This document shows positions 31,157 to 41,103 of a stretch of DNA of 64,000 nt, one piece after another (the first letter of the stretch is position 1; each line of letters begins with the position of its first letter). The notes under the pieces were generated by a model, which was not told where the DNA came from, did not search any database, and was given only the letters and a program-made list of their open reading frames with translations. The stretch is from Deltaproteobacteria bacterium. Lineage in GTDB: Bacteria > Desulfobacterota > JAJRXV01. Where the stretch lies: the NCBI GenBank assembly GCA_024275075.1, contig JAJRZU010000070.1:17234-81233 (forward strand), in the 5' to 3' direction. The translations under genes were made by a program, and so were the position numbers.

Positions 31157-32134
31157 ATGATAGAGGAACTGACTAAGCAGGTAGAAGAGAAAAGCAAGTC
31201 GATAAATCTTTTGATGGCGGAGATGCAAAAGGCGATCGTCGGGCAGGAGTACATGTTAGAGCGCCTTATCGTAGGGCTTTTGGCGGACGGCCACGTATTG
31301 GTGGAGGGCGTCCCTGGATTAGCGAAGACGACCACCGTCAAAGCGCTCGCCGACGCTATCAGCACCGGTTTCCGGCGGATACAGTTCACGCCGGATCTGC
31401 TTCCCGCAGACCTTATCGGTACCCAGATATACATGCCCAAGGCGGGCGGCTTCACCGTAAAGAAGGGACCTATTTTCAGTAACATAATCTTAGCCGACGA
31501 GATAAACCGGGCGCCGGCAAAGGTGCAGAGCGCGCTCTTAGAGGCTATGCAAGAGAGACAGGTAACCATCGGGGAGAACACGTTCAAATTAGGCGACCCT
31601 TTCCTGGTGATGGCGACCCAGAACCCGATCGAGCAGGAGGGTACTTATCCGCTCCCCGAGGCGCAGGTAGACCGGTTCATGCTCAAGCTGAAGATCACCT
31701 ACCCGAACAAAGCGGAAGAGAAGGATATAATGTTGAAAATCGCAAACCGCAATAACGGTAAGGTCTGTCCGGTCATCTTCCCTGAGGATATAATCAGCGC
31801 GCGGGAGCTGGTGCGCAAGATATACATTGACGACAAATTAAACGATTACATTGTCAATATCGTATTCGCGACGAGAGAGCCCGAACTCTACGGGCTTGAT
31901 ATAAAGAACATGATTAGCTACGGCGCGTCACCAAGAGCGACCATCTATTTGAACCAGGCGGCGAAAGCCTATGCGTTCCTCCAGGGGCGCGGATACGTGA
32001 CCCCGCAGGATATCAAGTCGATCGGTGCGGATATTTTGCGGCACCGGATCCTGCTTACCTATGAGGCGGAGGCGGAGGATACGACGTCTGACGACATCAT
32101 CTCACTTATCTTTGATACGGTGGAAGTACCTTAA
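31157..32134 (+). CDS. MoxR-family AAA+ ATPase (BatI-like)
   Basis: Walker A GVPGLAKTT, MoxR signature and AAA lid. First gene of the bat operon. Confidence 0.9.
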   Translation: MIEELTKQVEEKSKSINLLMAEMQKAIVGQEYMLERLIVGLLADGHVLVEGVPGLAKTTTVKALADAISTGFRRIQFTPDLLPADLIGTQIYMPKAGGFTVKKGPIFSNIILADEINRAPAKVQSALLEAMQERQVTIGENTFKLGDPFLVMATQNPIEQEGTYPLPEAQVDRFMLKLKITYPNKAEEKDIMLKIANRNNGKVCPVIFPEDIISARELVRKIYIDDKLNDYIVNIVFATREPELYGLDIKNMISYGASPRATIYLNQAAKAYAFLQGRGYVTPQDIKSIGADILRHRILLTYEAEAEDTTSDDIISLIFDTVEVP

Positions 32135-32170
32135 ATTTGATTGGGCGTCTGCCCTTTAAGAGAGGTCAAT

Positions 32171-33046
32171 ATGCTGTCAAGCGAGATCATAAAGAAGATT
32201 TCGTCGATTCACATAAGAACGAATTACCTTGTCAACGACATCCTGGCGGGCGAGTATGAGAGCGCGTTCCGCGGCAGGGGGATGGAGTTTGAGGAGGTGC
32301 GCGAATATACGCCCGGCGACGACGTTCGGACAATCGACTGGAACGTGACAGCCCGCACCGGTCACCCTTACGTAAAGGTGTTCACCGAGGAGCGTGAACT
32401 TACGATAATGCTCATGATCGATGTGAGTTCTTCCGGGCAGTTCGGCACTGTGAAGGAGCTGAAGAACGAGGTAGCGGCGGAAGTAGCTGCGATACTGGCA
32501 TTCTCGGCGATCAAGAACAACGATAAAGTCGGTCTCATAATCTTCAGCGAGCGGATCGAGAAGTACATCCCCCCAAAGAAGGGTCGGAGCCATGTCTGGC
32601 GCGTCATAAGGGAGATAGTGCAGTTCCGGCCAAAAAAGAGCGCAACGGACATAGGCGCTTCATTGAAGTTCTTCAACAAAGTTACAAAGAGACGTTGCGT
32701 ATGCTTCTTGATCTCGGATTTTTTGGCCGAGGATTATGAAAAGACCCTCTTTATCGCGAATAAGAAACACGATGTGATCGCCGTCACGATAACAGACCCA
32801 AGAGAGATGAAGCTGCCTAATATCGGTTTCATTGAGCTCGAGGACGCGGAGACCGGTGAGGCGATCCTCATTGATACGTACGACAAAAATATCACAAGAG
32901 GATTTGATGTCTTGACAAGGAAAAGAGCGATCGAGAGGAAAAACAGCTTCCGCTCGATGGACATCGACAGCATAGATATCGTGACAGACCGGTCGTATAT
33001 ACAACCGATCATGCGGTTTTTCAAGATGAGAGAAAAAAGGATGTAA
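32171..33046 (+). CDS. DUF58 (vWA-like) protein
   Basis: Canonical MoxR partner (..RGRGMEFEEVREYTPGDDVRTIDW..). Start moved to ATG 32171 after an AGAGG ribosome-binding site. Confidence 0.85.
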   Translation: MLSSEIIKKISSIHIRTNYLVNDILAGEYESAFRGRGMEFEEVREYTPGDDVRTIDWNVTARTGHPYVKVFTEERELTIMLMIDVSSSGQFGTVKELKNEVAAEVAAILAFSAIKNNDKVGLIIFSERIEKYIPPKKGRSHVWRVIREIVQFRPKKSATDIGASLKFFNKVTKRRCVCFLISDFLAEDYEKTLFIANKKHDVIAVTITDPREMKLPNIGFIELEDAETGEAILIDTYDKNITRGFDVLTRKRAIERKNSFRSMDIDSIDIVTDRSYIQPIMRFFKMREKRM

Positions 33047-33275
33047 TGTAGCCTGATAATATATCTTCTCTGTACTTCCCACTCCTCCCGTACTGGTGTG
33101 GGGCGCAATGGTGCGCCCCATGCCGGTACTATTAAAATGGGCGGCTGCGGGTGGAAGTATAACATTAACAGGAGGGCATAATGCCCAATAATTGTGCGCA
33201 TACTCTAAGGAAATCATGAATATCGTCATTCAAAAAAGTAACTAATTATTATAACAACTATTATGGGAGGGGTTC

Positions 33276-34514
33276 ATGGCTGACAATACACGCCGTAAAG
33301 ATAACCTGATCATCATTCTGATATTGGTGAATATAGCTGTCGCCGCCGCGTTTCTTATGACAGGCGGGGCCGGGCCAGGGCAGCACACGGAGGCGCTGCG
33401 GGATGCCGGCAATAAGCTGCGGGCGGTCGGGTTGAACAAAGAAGCGACGGATCTGTATACTGCCTATTTGAACAATGAGACTCTTGACACTGGGGAAAAG
33501 GCGAAAATATCGTTCTCCCTGGCGAAGATGTACATTGATGACAGTGATTATAATGAGGCGATAAAGTGGTTATATATCGCGGAATCGCTTGGCGGCGGTT
33601 TCGTTGACAAAGCTGAGCTGGACAGAAAGATCGTGTTATGCTTAGAGAAACTTGGTAAATCGACCGCCGCATCTTACGCATTGCAGACCCGCTCCAAGCT
33701 TGATGAGAGCGGCAATGAGGCAGAGATTGCTTCTGAGATCGTAGCGACGGTAGGTGATACCACCATCACTTTAAGTGAAGTGGATAATGCGATGGGAAGG
33801 CTGCCGGCATGGGTGAAGCAGAATTACCAGGGCGTTGAAGGGAAAAAGGATTTCGTCAAGAAATTCGCGGCTGAGGAGCTGATCTTCATGAAGGGCATGA
33901 AACTAAATTATGACCAGGATGATGAATTAAAAGATCAAATCCGGGATTTCGTTAAGGGTTATGTGATCAAGCAGGTCATCGACAAGGAGATAAAAGATAA
34001 GATAGTGATCGAAGAGGATGATCTGAAGAACTTCTTTATCGCCAATAAAGCAAAATTTGACCAGCCGGAAACGGCAAAGATATCCGTACTTAAAACTGAC
34101 AATAAAAAAGACGCCGAAAAGGCTTATAAGAAGTTGAAAGCCGGTGCGAAGTTTGCCGAGATAGTCAAGGAATTCTCCATCGACGATTACATGAAAGATA
34201 GAGGCGGCGTCATTGATATGCCGGTAGGGAAAGGCACCGGCGGCGTACCGGGCGTAGGGCCGAGCCAATTCGCCAACCAGTCGATCTTTGCTCTGGATAC
34301 CGGTGGTTTTACAGAAATAATAGAGGGCGGCGACTACTTCTTCATTATCAAACTGCGGGAACGCGTACCGGCGAAAGAAGCCGATTTTAATGAACTAAAG
34401 GAGCGTGTCCGGTCAGAGTACGCTAACGAGAAGTTCGCGATAGAGTACCAGAAGATGATAGAAGATATGGAAAAGGTAACGGACATGAAATTTTTCTTAG
34501 ACAACATCAAGTAA
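33276..34514 (+). CDS. PpiC-type peptidyl-prolyl isomerase (SurA/PrsA-like) with N-terminal TM and TPR-like region
   Basis: Parvulin domain (FAEIVKEFSIDDYMKDRGGVIDMPVGKG) and SurA-like chaperone region. 412 aa. Confidence 0.7.
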   Translation: MADNTRRKDNLIIILILVNIAVAAAFLMTGGAGPGQHTEALRDAGNKLRAVGLNKEATDLYTAYLNNETLDTGEKAKISFSLAKMYIDDSDYNEAIKWLYIAESLGGGFVDKAELDRKIVLCLEKLGKSTAASYALQTRSKLDESGNEAEIASEIVATVGDTTITLSEVDNAMGRLPAWVKQNYQGVEGKKDFVKKFAAEELIFMKGMKLNYDQDDELKDQIRDFVKGYVIKQVIDKEIKDKIVIEEDDLKNFFIANKAKFDQPETAKISVLKTDNKKDAEKAYKKLKAGAKFAEIVKEFSIDDYMKDRGGVIDMPVGKGTGGVPGVGPSQFANQSIFALDTGGFTEIIEGGDYFFIIKLRERVPAKEADFNELKERVRSEYANEKFAIEYQKMIEDMEKVTDMKFFLDNIK

Positions 34515-34517
34515 ATC

Positions 34518-35531
34518 ATGAGTAAAGTTCTGAAAAACAAAATATTGATTCTTGCCGCTTTATCGATGCTCATTGCATGTGGTAAAAAAGAAAGCGGCGA
34601 AGCGGCGGATACGCGAAAACTGCCGCCGGTAGTGGTCAACGCGTCCATAGACAAAGTGGAGGCGACTACCGGTGACATAATATCGTATACCGTCGAGGTG
34701 AGCTCAGAGCCAGGGCTAAAGGTATATATCCCTGAGGCCGGTGAGAAGATAGCGGGCTTTCGGATCGTTGACTGGGGCGATGAGGACCCGCGCGAGCTTA
34801 ATGACAGGATCATCGTGAAGAAGTGGTACAAGCTCCAGGCGGACATTATCGGGGGCTACATCATACCCGCGGTCAATGTAAGTTATGTTGATCGTGACAG
34901 TGGCAACGAAAAGTTTGTCTCGACCGCCGAACTGTTCGTGCGGGTAAAATCATCGATATCCGACGATGAGGAGTTCAACGATATAATCGATATCAAGCCG
35001 CTTGTCGATCTGACTACAGACTACTCAAGGGCTGTCGTCATCGCATCCGCGGCCGGCGGCGTACTGATCGCCCTGCTTTTACTGATATATATCCTAAGGC
35101 GGCGAAACAGGCAGGTGGAGATACCGGCGCTGCCACCGCATGAGACTGCGTTCAGTGAGCTTGATAAGCTGAAAAACTCCGGTCTTTTGCAAAATGGCGA
35201 CATAAAAGGTTATTACTTCGCCATGTCAGAGATTGTGAGACGCTACATGGAGGGCCGGTTCGGGTTCCCAGCGTCAGAGTGGACGACACAAGAGATACTG
35301 CCGGTCGTGACAAACGGGCTCAACCTTGATACCGTACTCAAGGAGTTGATAAGGACATTCTTGAATAACACGGATACCGTAAAGTTTACCGATACCGTAC
35401 CTGATGAGAATATGATACAGCTCGAGCTTTCAAGAGCATATAAATTTGTTGAGCAGACTATGGAAAAAGATGAAGATACGACACCAAATGATTCCCAGGC
35501 TAACGGGCAAATAAAAGAGGAAGCGGCATGA
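34518..35531 (+). CDS. BatD-like domain lipoprotein with TM helix (bat-operon hypothetical)
   Basis: Lipobox LIACG, BatD-like beta domain (VVVNASIDKVEATTGDIISYTVEV), a TM helix and a cytoplasmic domain. Occupies the position of the conserved hypothetical in bat operons. Confidence 0.55.
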   Translation: MSKVLKNKILILAALSMLIACGKKESGEAADTRKLPPVVVNASIDKVEATTGDIISYTVEVSSEPGLKVYIPEAGEKIAGFRIVDWGDEDPRELNDRIIVKKWYKLQADIIGGYIIPAVNVSYVDRDSGNEKFVSTAELFVRVKSSISDDEEFNDIIDIKPLVDLTTDYSRAVVIASAAGGVLIALLLLIYILRRRNRQVEIPALPPHETAFSELDKLKNSGLLQNGDIKGYYFAMSEIVRRYMEGRFGFPASEWTTQEILPVVTNGLNLDTVLKELIRTFLNNTDTVKFTDTVPDENMIQLELSRAYKFVEQTMEKDEDTTPNDSQANGQIKEEAA

Positions 35532-35538
35532 GGATTTT

Positions 35539-36534
35539 ATGTTAAGGTTTGAAGACCCATGGCTTTTGGCAGTGCTATTTGCCATACCGGTAATAACATA
35601 TTCATATTTTTATCTCAGCTCGTCGAGCAGGATAAGGTTCTCGACCATAGAGCTATTGAAGAAGCTGAAAACGTCAAAGAGCGTGAGAGCGCGGCATTCG
35701 CTTATCCTGCTAAGAGGCGCCGCGATACTTTTCCTGACGCTTGGCCTGGCGCGCCCGCAGCACGGCACCAAGACGACCGAGCAGCTTACCGAGGGTATCG
35801 ATATAATGCTCTGCCTTGACACTTCAGGTAGTATGCAGGCTCTTGATTTTACTATCGATGGCAGGAAGCGTGACCGGCTGGCTGTCGTGAAGGATGTCGT
35901 GAAGGATTTCGTCAAAGCCAGAGAGAATGACCGCATCGGGATGGTGGTCTTCGGTGACGAGGCGTTCACCCAGTGCCCGTTGACGCTTGACTACGGCGTT
36001 CTGCTCAGCTTCCTGGATCGTATAAGCATCGGGATGGCCGGCGACTCCACAGCAGTCGGCAGCGCCATCGCGACCAGCGTCAAGCGGCTGAAGGACGTAC
36101 CGGCAAAATCGAAGATAATCGTGCTACTCACCGACGGGCGCAGCAATGCCGGTCGTATATCACCGGAGATAGCCGCGGAGATCGCGAAAACTATGGGTAT
36201 AAAGATATACACTATCGGTGTCGGCAGCGACGGAGCCGTACCGTTTCTGGTGGACACATTCTTCGGGAAGCAATACATATACCGCCGCGTCGACCTCGAT
36301 GAGGAGAGCCTGAAGAGTATCGCGAAGGAGACTGGCGGCAAGTACTTCAGGGCGACTGACACAAAAGGGCTTAAAGAGATATATAAGACGATAGATTCAT
36401 TAGAGAAAACAGAGATCAAGGTGAAGGAGTACATGGAATATAACGAGCTGTTTGGCGGGTTCATGCTGATAGGTCTGTTTCTGCTCGTCACAGAGGTCGT
36501 CCTGGCAAATACGCGGTTCAGGAAAATACCGTAG
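35539..36534 (+). CDS. batA: vWA-domain protein BatA
   Basis: N-terminal TM helices, then a vWA domain with MIDAS (DTSGSM). Confidence 0.85.
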   Translation: MLRFEDPWLLAVLFAIPVITYSYFYLSSSSRIRFSTIELLKKLKTSKSVRARHSLILLRGAAILFLTLGLARPQHGTKTTEQLTEGIDIMLCLDTSGSMQALDFTIDGRKRDRLAVVKDVVKDFVKARENDRIGMVVFGDEAFTQCPLTLDYGVLLSFLDRISIGMAGDSTAVGSAIATSVKRLKDVPAKSKIIVLLTDGRSNAGRISPEIAAEIAKTMGIKIYTIGVGSDGAVPFLVDTFFGKQYIYRRVDLDEESLKSIAKETGGKYFRATDTKGLKEIYKTIDSLEKTEIKVKEYMEYNELFGGFMLIGLFLLVTEVVLANTRFRKIP

Positions 36535-36571
36535 CAGGGGAGGCGTGACGCCTCAATCATTATATTAGTGC

Positions 36572-36604
36572 GTAGGTTGCTGTTAAGCGAAGCGCAACGC
36601 AACG
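36572..36604 (-). repeat. 33-nt repeat, copy B (inverted relative to copy A at 18629-18661)
   Basis: The reverse complement, cgttgcgttgcgcttcgcttaacagcaacctac, differs from copy A by one substitution. Located in the batA-batB intergenic region. Confidence 0.55.
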
Positions 36605-36641
36605 ATAAACTAGTAGTTAAGAAAGTTAAAAGAGAGAAATC

Positions 36642-37649
36642 ATGAAGTTTGGCGATCTGACATACCTTTTTATGCTGTGGATAGTTCCGGTGCTGATACT
36701 GTTCTACATCTACGCGTTCAAGAAGAAAGACGAGCTGATCAAGCTGTTTTGCGAAGACGCGCTCATCGGTAAGATAATGCCCGGAGTCAGCCGCAACAGG
36801 CAGAAGCTCAAGGCGCTATTGATCGTACTCGCCGTTGTATTCATCGTCGTGGCGCTTATCCGCCCCCGCTGGGGATACCACTGGGAAGAGGTACAGCGGA
36901 TGGGTGTCGATATTGTAGTCGTAGTTGACGTCTCGACGAGTATGCTCGCGCAGGACGTAAAACCGAACCGGTTAAAGCGCGCGAAGATGGAGATCGAGGA
37001 TTTGATAAACATCCTGCAGGGCGACCGGATCGGGCTTGTCGCGTTTGCCGGTGACAGCTTCTTGCAATGCCCGCTCTCACTTGATTACTGCGCGTTCAAG
37101 ATGTTCCTGGATTATATCGATACAGACCTGATTCCCGTGAAAGGCACCGCAATCGCCGACGCTATACGAAAGGCCATTGACGCGTTCGATTCGAAGAAGC
37201 GGGAATCCAAGGCGATAATACTGATAACCGACGGCGAGGACCACTCCGGCGATCCGGTAAAAGCCGCCGAGGAAGCTAAGGCGCAGGGTATTAAGATATT
37301 CGCGATCGGTATCGGTAGCGAGGGCGGGGCGCCGATCCCCGAACCTGATGGCGGCGGTTTCAAGAAGGATAAGAATGGCGAACTTATCATGACAAGACTC
37401 GATGAGGCGACTTTGCAAAAGATCGCGCTTACCACCGGCGGGAGCTACGTGCGTTCCATTACCGGTGATATGGATCTGGAGAAGATATACATTGACGGCA
37501 TCAAGAAGGAGTTAGAGGCCAGGGAACTTAAGTCCCAAAGGCGGAAGCGTTTTGAGGAACGGTTCCAGATATTTGCCGGTATAGCCATACTGATCTTGGT
37601 TTTAGAATCTCTTATTAGTGAAAAGAAAAAGAAGGTAGAGCAGGTATGA
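36642..37649 (+). CDS. batB: vWA-domain protein BatB
   Basis: TM helices plus a vWA MIDAS motif (DVSTSM) and a C-terminal TM. Confidence 0.85.
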   Translation: MKFGDLTYLFMLWIVPVLILFYIYAFKKKDELIKLFCEDALIGKIMPGVSRNRQKLKALLIVLAVVFIVVALIRPRWGYHWEEVQRMGVDIVVVVDVSTSMLAQDVKPNRLKRAKMEIEDLINILQGDRIGLVAFAGDSFLQCPLSLDYCAFKMFLDYIDTDLIPVKGTAIADAIRKAIDAFDSKKRESKAIILITDGEDHSGDPVKAAEEAKAQGIKIFAIGIGSEGGAPIPEPDGGGFKKDKNGELIMTRLDEATLQKIALTTGGSYVRSITGDMDLEKIYIDGIKKELEARELKSQRRKRFEERFQIFAGIAILILVLESLISEKKKKVEQV

Positions 37650-38563
37650 AGAGAATAATAAGGAGTAAATCGTTTTTTAAGTTATTTTTTATTTTGCTTT
37701 TGAATATTATGTTATTGAATAATGCCTTCGCAAAGAGTATAAATAAGAGACTGGACGAAGCTGAGGAGTTTTACAAGAACGGTGACTATGACAAGGCGTT
37801 AAAGGCTTATATCGATGCCCAGTTAGAAGCTCCTGATGATGTCAATTTGAAGTACAACATCGCGAATGCTCATTATAAGATGAAAAGTTATGAGGACGCC
37901 GCCAAACTGTACTCTGATGTCACGTTAAACGCGAAGGATATCTCGCTTGTTCAGAAGTCTTACTTTAACCTTGGGAACGCTTATTACCGGCAGGGAAAAC
38001 TGCAAGAGTCAGTCGAATTATATAAAAGCGCGTTAGAGATAGACCCGAACGATGAAGAGGCGAAAAAGAACCTGGATTTTGTCAGGGAAGTCATAAAACA
38101 AATGATGAACGAGCAGAAGGATCGCGAGCAGCAGCAGAGCGGAGATGAACAGCAAAAAGAGGACGGCGAAAAGCAAGAGGGCGAAGGCGAGCAGGGTGAA
38201 AAGCAAGAGGGCGAAGGCGAGCAGGGTGAAGGCGAGGAGCAGCAGGAAGTAGCTCAAGGTGAACAGGACGAGCAGGAGAAACAAGAAGAAGGCTCATCTT
38301 CCAGGGAGCAAGAAGAAGAAGAGGGCGAGGGCTCGCCGTCAGAGGAGCAGGAAGCTAAGGAGCAGGCAGCGGCGAAAGAGAGCGAAAAGCAGGGCGAGGA
38401 TGCGCAGGCAGGCGGGCAGGCATCCGCAGGCCAGCAGATGGAGATGACGCAGGAAGAGGCAGAACGGTTATTGCAGGGCCTTGATGAGAACAGGGAAGAG
38501 TTCATGAAGAAGCAGATGCGAAAGAGTATGGGTAAAGGGTCAAGACACCGTAAGGACTGGTAA
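37646..38563 (+). CDS. batC: TPR-repeat protein BatC with acidic E/Q-rich low-complexity tail
   Basis: Signal/TM segment, three TPR repeats, then EGEGEQGEKQ repeats. Confidence 0.75.
   Translation: MKRIIRSKSFFKLFFILLLNIMLLNNAFAKSINKRLDEAEEFYKNGDYDKALKAYIDAQLEAPDDVNLKYNIANAHYKMKSYEDAAKLYSDVTLNAKDISLVQKSYFNLGNAYYRQGKLQESVELYKSALEIDPNDEEAKKNLDFVREVIKQMMNEQKDREQQQSGDEQQKEDGEKQEGEGEQGEKQEGEGEQGEGEEQQEVAQGEQDEQEKQEEGSSSREQEEEEGEGSPSEEQEAKEQAAAKESEKQGEDAQAGGQASAGQQMEMTQEEAERLLQGLDENREEFMKKQMRKSMGKGSRHRKDW
38172..38231 (+). repeat. Perfect 30-bp tandem duplication inside batC (encodes KQEGEGEQGE)
   Basis: aagcaagagggcgaaggcgagcagggtgaa occurs twice. Confidence 0.6.
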
Positions 38564-38568
38564 GTCGC

Positions 38569-40347
38569 GTGAACAAAAAAAAATCGATAATGGCGGTCAT
38601 CGCTGTTATATTCATATTTATGGCTGTTGCGGCACACGCTGATATCACTATCAGCGCCGATGTGGACAAGCGGCAGGCTTCATTGGAAGATACTTTCTAT
38701 TTGACCGTAACAGTGGGCGGAACAAGATCCACAAGCGCACCGCCGTCAGTGTCCGGCGCCGGCGCTTTTGGCATCACATACCGCGGTTCGAGCAGCAAAG
38801 TATCCATCATAAATGGTACGATGTCCTCTGCTATTGAATATAACTATGTACTCCTCCCAAAAAAAGCAGGTACGTTTCGACTCCCCCCGATCATTCTCAG
38901 GCACGACGGGGAAATATACAAGACCGCCCCGATCGAGCTGGTAGTCACGAAACCGGCGGCGGAAAATGCCGCGAAGGATATTTTTGTCACGGCGGAGATT
39001 TCGAACAGCTCGCCATACGTCAACGAGCAGGTCATATTTACTTTCAAATTTTTCACCAGTGTCCAGATAGCAAACGCTACTTATGAGAATCCCGTGTTTA
39101 AAAATTTTATTACTGAGGATTTGGGAGAAACGAGTAGCTACCAGAAAGTGATCAATGGGAAGCAGTACACGGTAAACGAGGTAAAATATGCTTTGTTCCC
39201 GCTGAAAGCCGGTGAATATCCTATCGCACCGCTCAAAGGTAAGGCGGACGCCGTTTACCGAAGTAAGCGGCGCGGGCGTAACAGTAGCATCTTTGACAAT
39301 CCGTTTTTTGGCGGGTATGCTGAGACAAAGCCCGTCTACTTCCAGACAAATGAGCTCAAGCTAAACGTGAGTCCGTTACCTGAATACACTAACAAAGAGG
39401 TGCCGTTCTCTAACCTGATCGGTGAGTTCAAGATTACCGCATCACTTGGTACGAGGTCGCTTGATGTAGGGGATTCCACAACGCTGACCGTAACGGTGCA
39501 CGGATACGGTAACATCACGGACGCCGCGTTCCCAAAGCTGTCCGAGCTGAAGAATTTAAAGACGTACGACGACAAACCGGTGGAGGATATAAAAGCGACT
39601 AAGGGCGGGATATACGGGTCTAAGACGTTTAAGAAGGCGTTTATCCCGTTAAAAGAGGGTAAACAAAAGCTTCCGGTGATAAAATTCTCGTATTTTGATA
39701 CAAAAAAGCGTGATTATGTGGTCTTATCGACACCTGAATATACGCTTGATGTGAGCCCGTCTTCAGTGCAGGAGAACATGAACCTTGTCGAGATGGTCGG
39801 CAGGACGACCACCAAGGAAGCGGTAAAAGTCATCGGTATGGATATATTACCGATCAAGGCATCGATAAATTCGCTTAATAATGAGGAGTTCAGGCTATTC
39901 TCCATTGTGAATGTATTGATAGCGTTGATGCCCGGTTTACTTTACATGGTCTTCATGTTTTACGCCAGGCAAAAAGAGATGCACCTGGCGGACGCGAACA
40001 TCCTGCGAAGAAAAAAAGCATACAAGAAATTTACGCAGGCGACGGGTAATTTAAACAAGCTGATAAAAAATGATTCCACTGAATTTTATGGTATGCTATT
40101 AAACTCGTTAAAGAATTATATCGGTGATAAATTAAATTCCGTCGGCAGCGCCATGACACCAAAGGAAGTTGCAGCCGCCCTGGCTAAGAACAACATCCCG
40201 CAGGATGTTATTCGTAAGGTGGCAGATGCGATGGAGAGATTAGAACGGGCGCAATTTGCGTCTGTAAAGCTTTTGGCGGCAGACAAGAAGCAATTGGTAA
40301 AAGTTTTGTCCTTCGCGGCAAAAACGATTGAGAGACGGGTTAAATAA
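38569..40347 (+). CDS. batD: BatD (oxygen-tolerance protein), full length
   Basis: 592 aa. Signal peptide, BatD beta domains, a TM helix and a C-terminal cytoplasmic helical domain. Confidence 0.8.
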   Translation: MNKKKSIMAVIAVIFIFMAVAAHADITISADVDKRQASLEDTFYLTVTVGGTRSTSAPPSVSGAGAFGITYRGSSSKVSIINGTMSSAIEYNYVLLPKKAGTFRLPPIILRHDGEIYKTAPIELVVTKPAAENAAKDIFVTAEISNSSPYVNEQVIFTFKFFTSVQIANATYENPVFKNFITEDLGETSSYQKVINGKQYTVNEVKYALFPLKAGEYPIAPLKGKADAVYRSKRRGRNSSIFDNPFFGGYAETKPVYFQTNELKLNVSPLPEYTNKEVPFSNLIGEFKITASLGTRSLDVGDSTTLTVTVHGYGNITDAAFPKLSELKNLKTYDDKPVEDIKATKGGIYGSKTFKKAFIPLKEGKQKLPVIKFSYFDTKKRDYVVLSTPEYTLDVSPSSVQENMNLVEMVGRTTTKEAVKVIGMDILPIKASINSLNNEEFRLFSIVNVLIALMPGLLYMVFMFYARQKEMHLADANILRRKKAYKKFTQATGNLNKLIKNDSTEFYGMLLNSLKNYIGDKLNSVGSAMTPKEVAAALAKNNIPQDVIRKVADAMERLERAQFASVKLLAADKKQLVKVLSFAAKTIERRVK

Positions 40348-40348
40348 C

Positions 40349-41089
40349 ATGAGAAGAGTGATATTCACAGCAATTGCCTTTTTCCTCCTTAGCCTGACAA
40401 GCGCTTTCGCTTCTGGCGTATCTGTATCAAAGAGCTTTATCAAGGCTAACGAAGCTTATGAGACCGGTGACTACGCACAGGCTACCGAACTGTATGAAGC
40501 GATTGTACAGGAAGTAAAAAGCGGCGCGTTATATTACAATCTTGGCAACAGTTACTTCAAAGAAGGTAAGATCGGTTACGCACTGGCAAATTACCTGCGT
40601 GCGAAACGATACATACCAAACGACAGCGACCTCAACGACAATATCCGCTACCTTCAGACATTTACGAAAGATACTATTGAGAACAAGAACCTGTTTTGCC
40701 ATCTTTACAAGATATTCTTCTTTTGCAACATATTCAGCACAAAGCTGTTCTTTTACATCTTCACCTTTTTTAACGCGGCCTTCTTCTTGCTGCTCATCAT
40801 TAAAAAGGGATCCCTTAACTGGTTAAGAAATCTCACCTTCATTCTACTTATCCTGTCAGCGATAGCGCTTGCTTTAAATTATAACAGGTACTATAATGAT
40901 AAAAACGGCGTGATAATCAAAAGTGAGGTCTCTGTGAAGTCCGGCAGCTCGCTGAACGACACGACGCTTTTTAACCTGCATGAGGGCACAGTACTCAGAG
41001 TAATCGGTGAGAGCGGCGATTGGTTAAAGATCCGGCTTCTTGATAACAAGAAGGGCTGGGTGCTAAGAAAAGTCGTGGAACCGGTATAA
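40349..41089 (+). CDS. batE: BatE (TPR + TM + SH3b-like)
   Basis: Signal peptide, TPR, hydrophobic segments and a C-terminal SH3b-like region (GTVLRVIGESGDWLKIRL). Start moved to ATG 40349. Confidence 0.7.
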   Translation: MRRVIFTAIAFFLLSLTSAFASGVSVSKSFIKANEAYETGDYAQATELYEAIVQEVKSGALYYNLGNSYFKEGKIGYALANYLRAKRYIPNDSDLNDNIRYLQTFTKDTIENKNLFCHLYKIFFFCNIFSTKLFFYIFTFFNAAFFLLLIIKKGSLNWLRNLTFILLILSAIALALNYNRYYNDKNGVIIKSEVSVKSGSSLNDTTLFNLHEGTVLRVIGESGDWLKIRLLDNKKGWVLRKVVEPV

Positions 41090-41103
41090 ACCCGCCCGGT
41101 GGT

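Noticed and set aside
33047-33275. Possible small ORF or terminator in the DUF58-PPIase spacer (GGGGCGCAATGGTGCGCCCC hairpin)
   Set aside because: The GC hairpin has no T-tract. The candidate peptides are under 15 aa. It was left unannotated.
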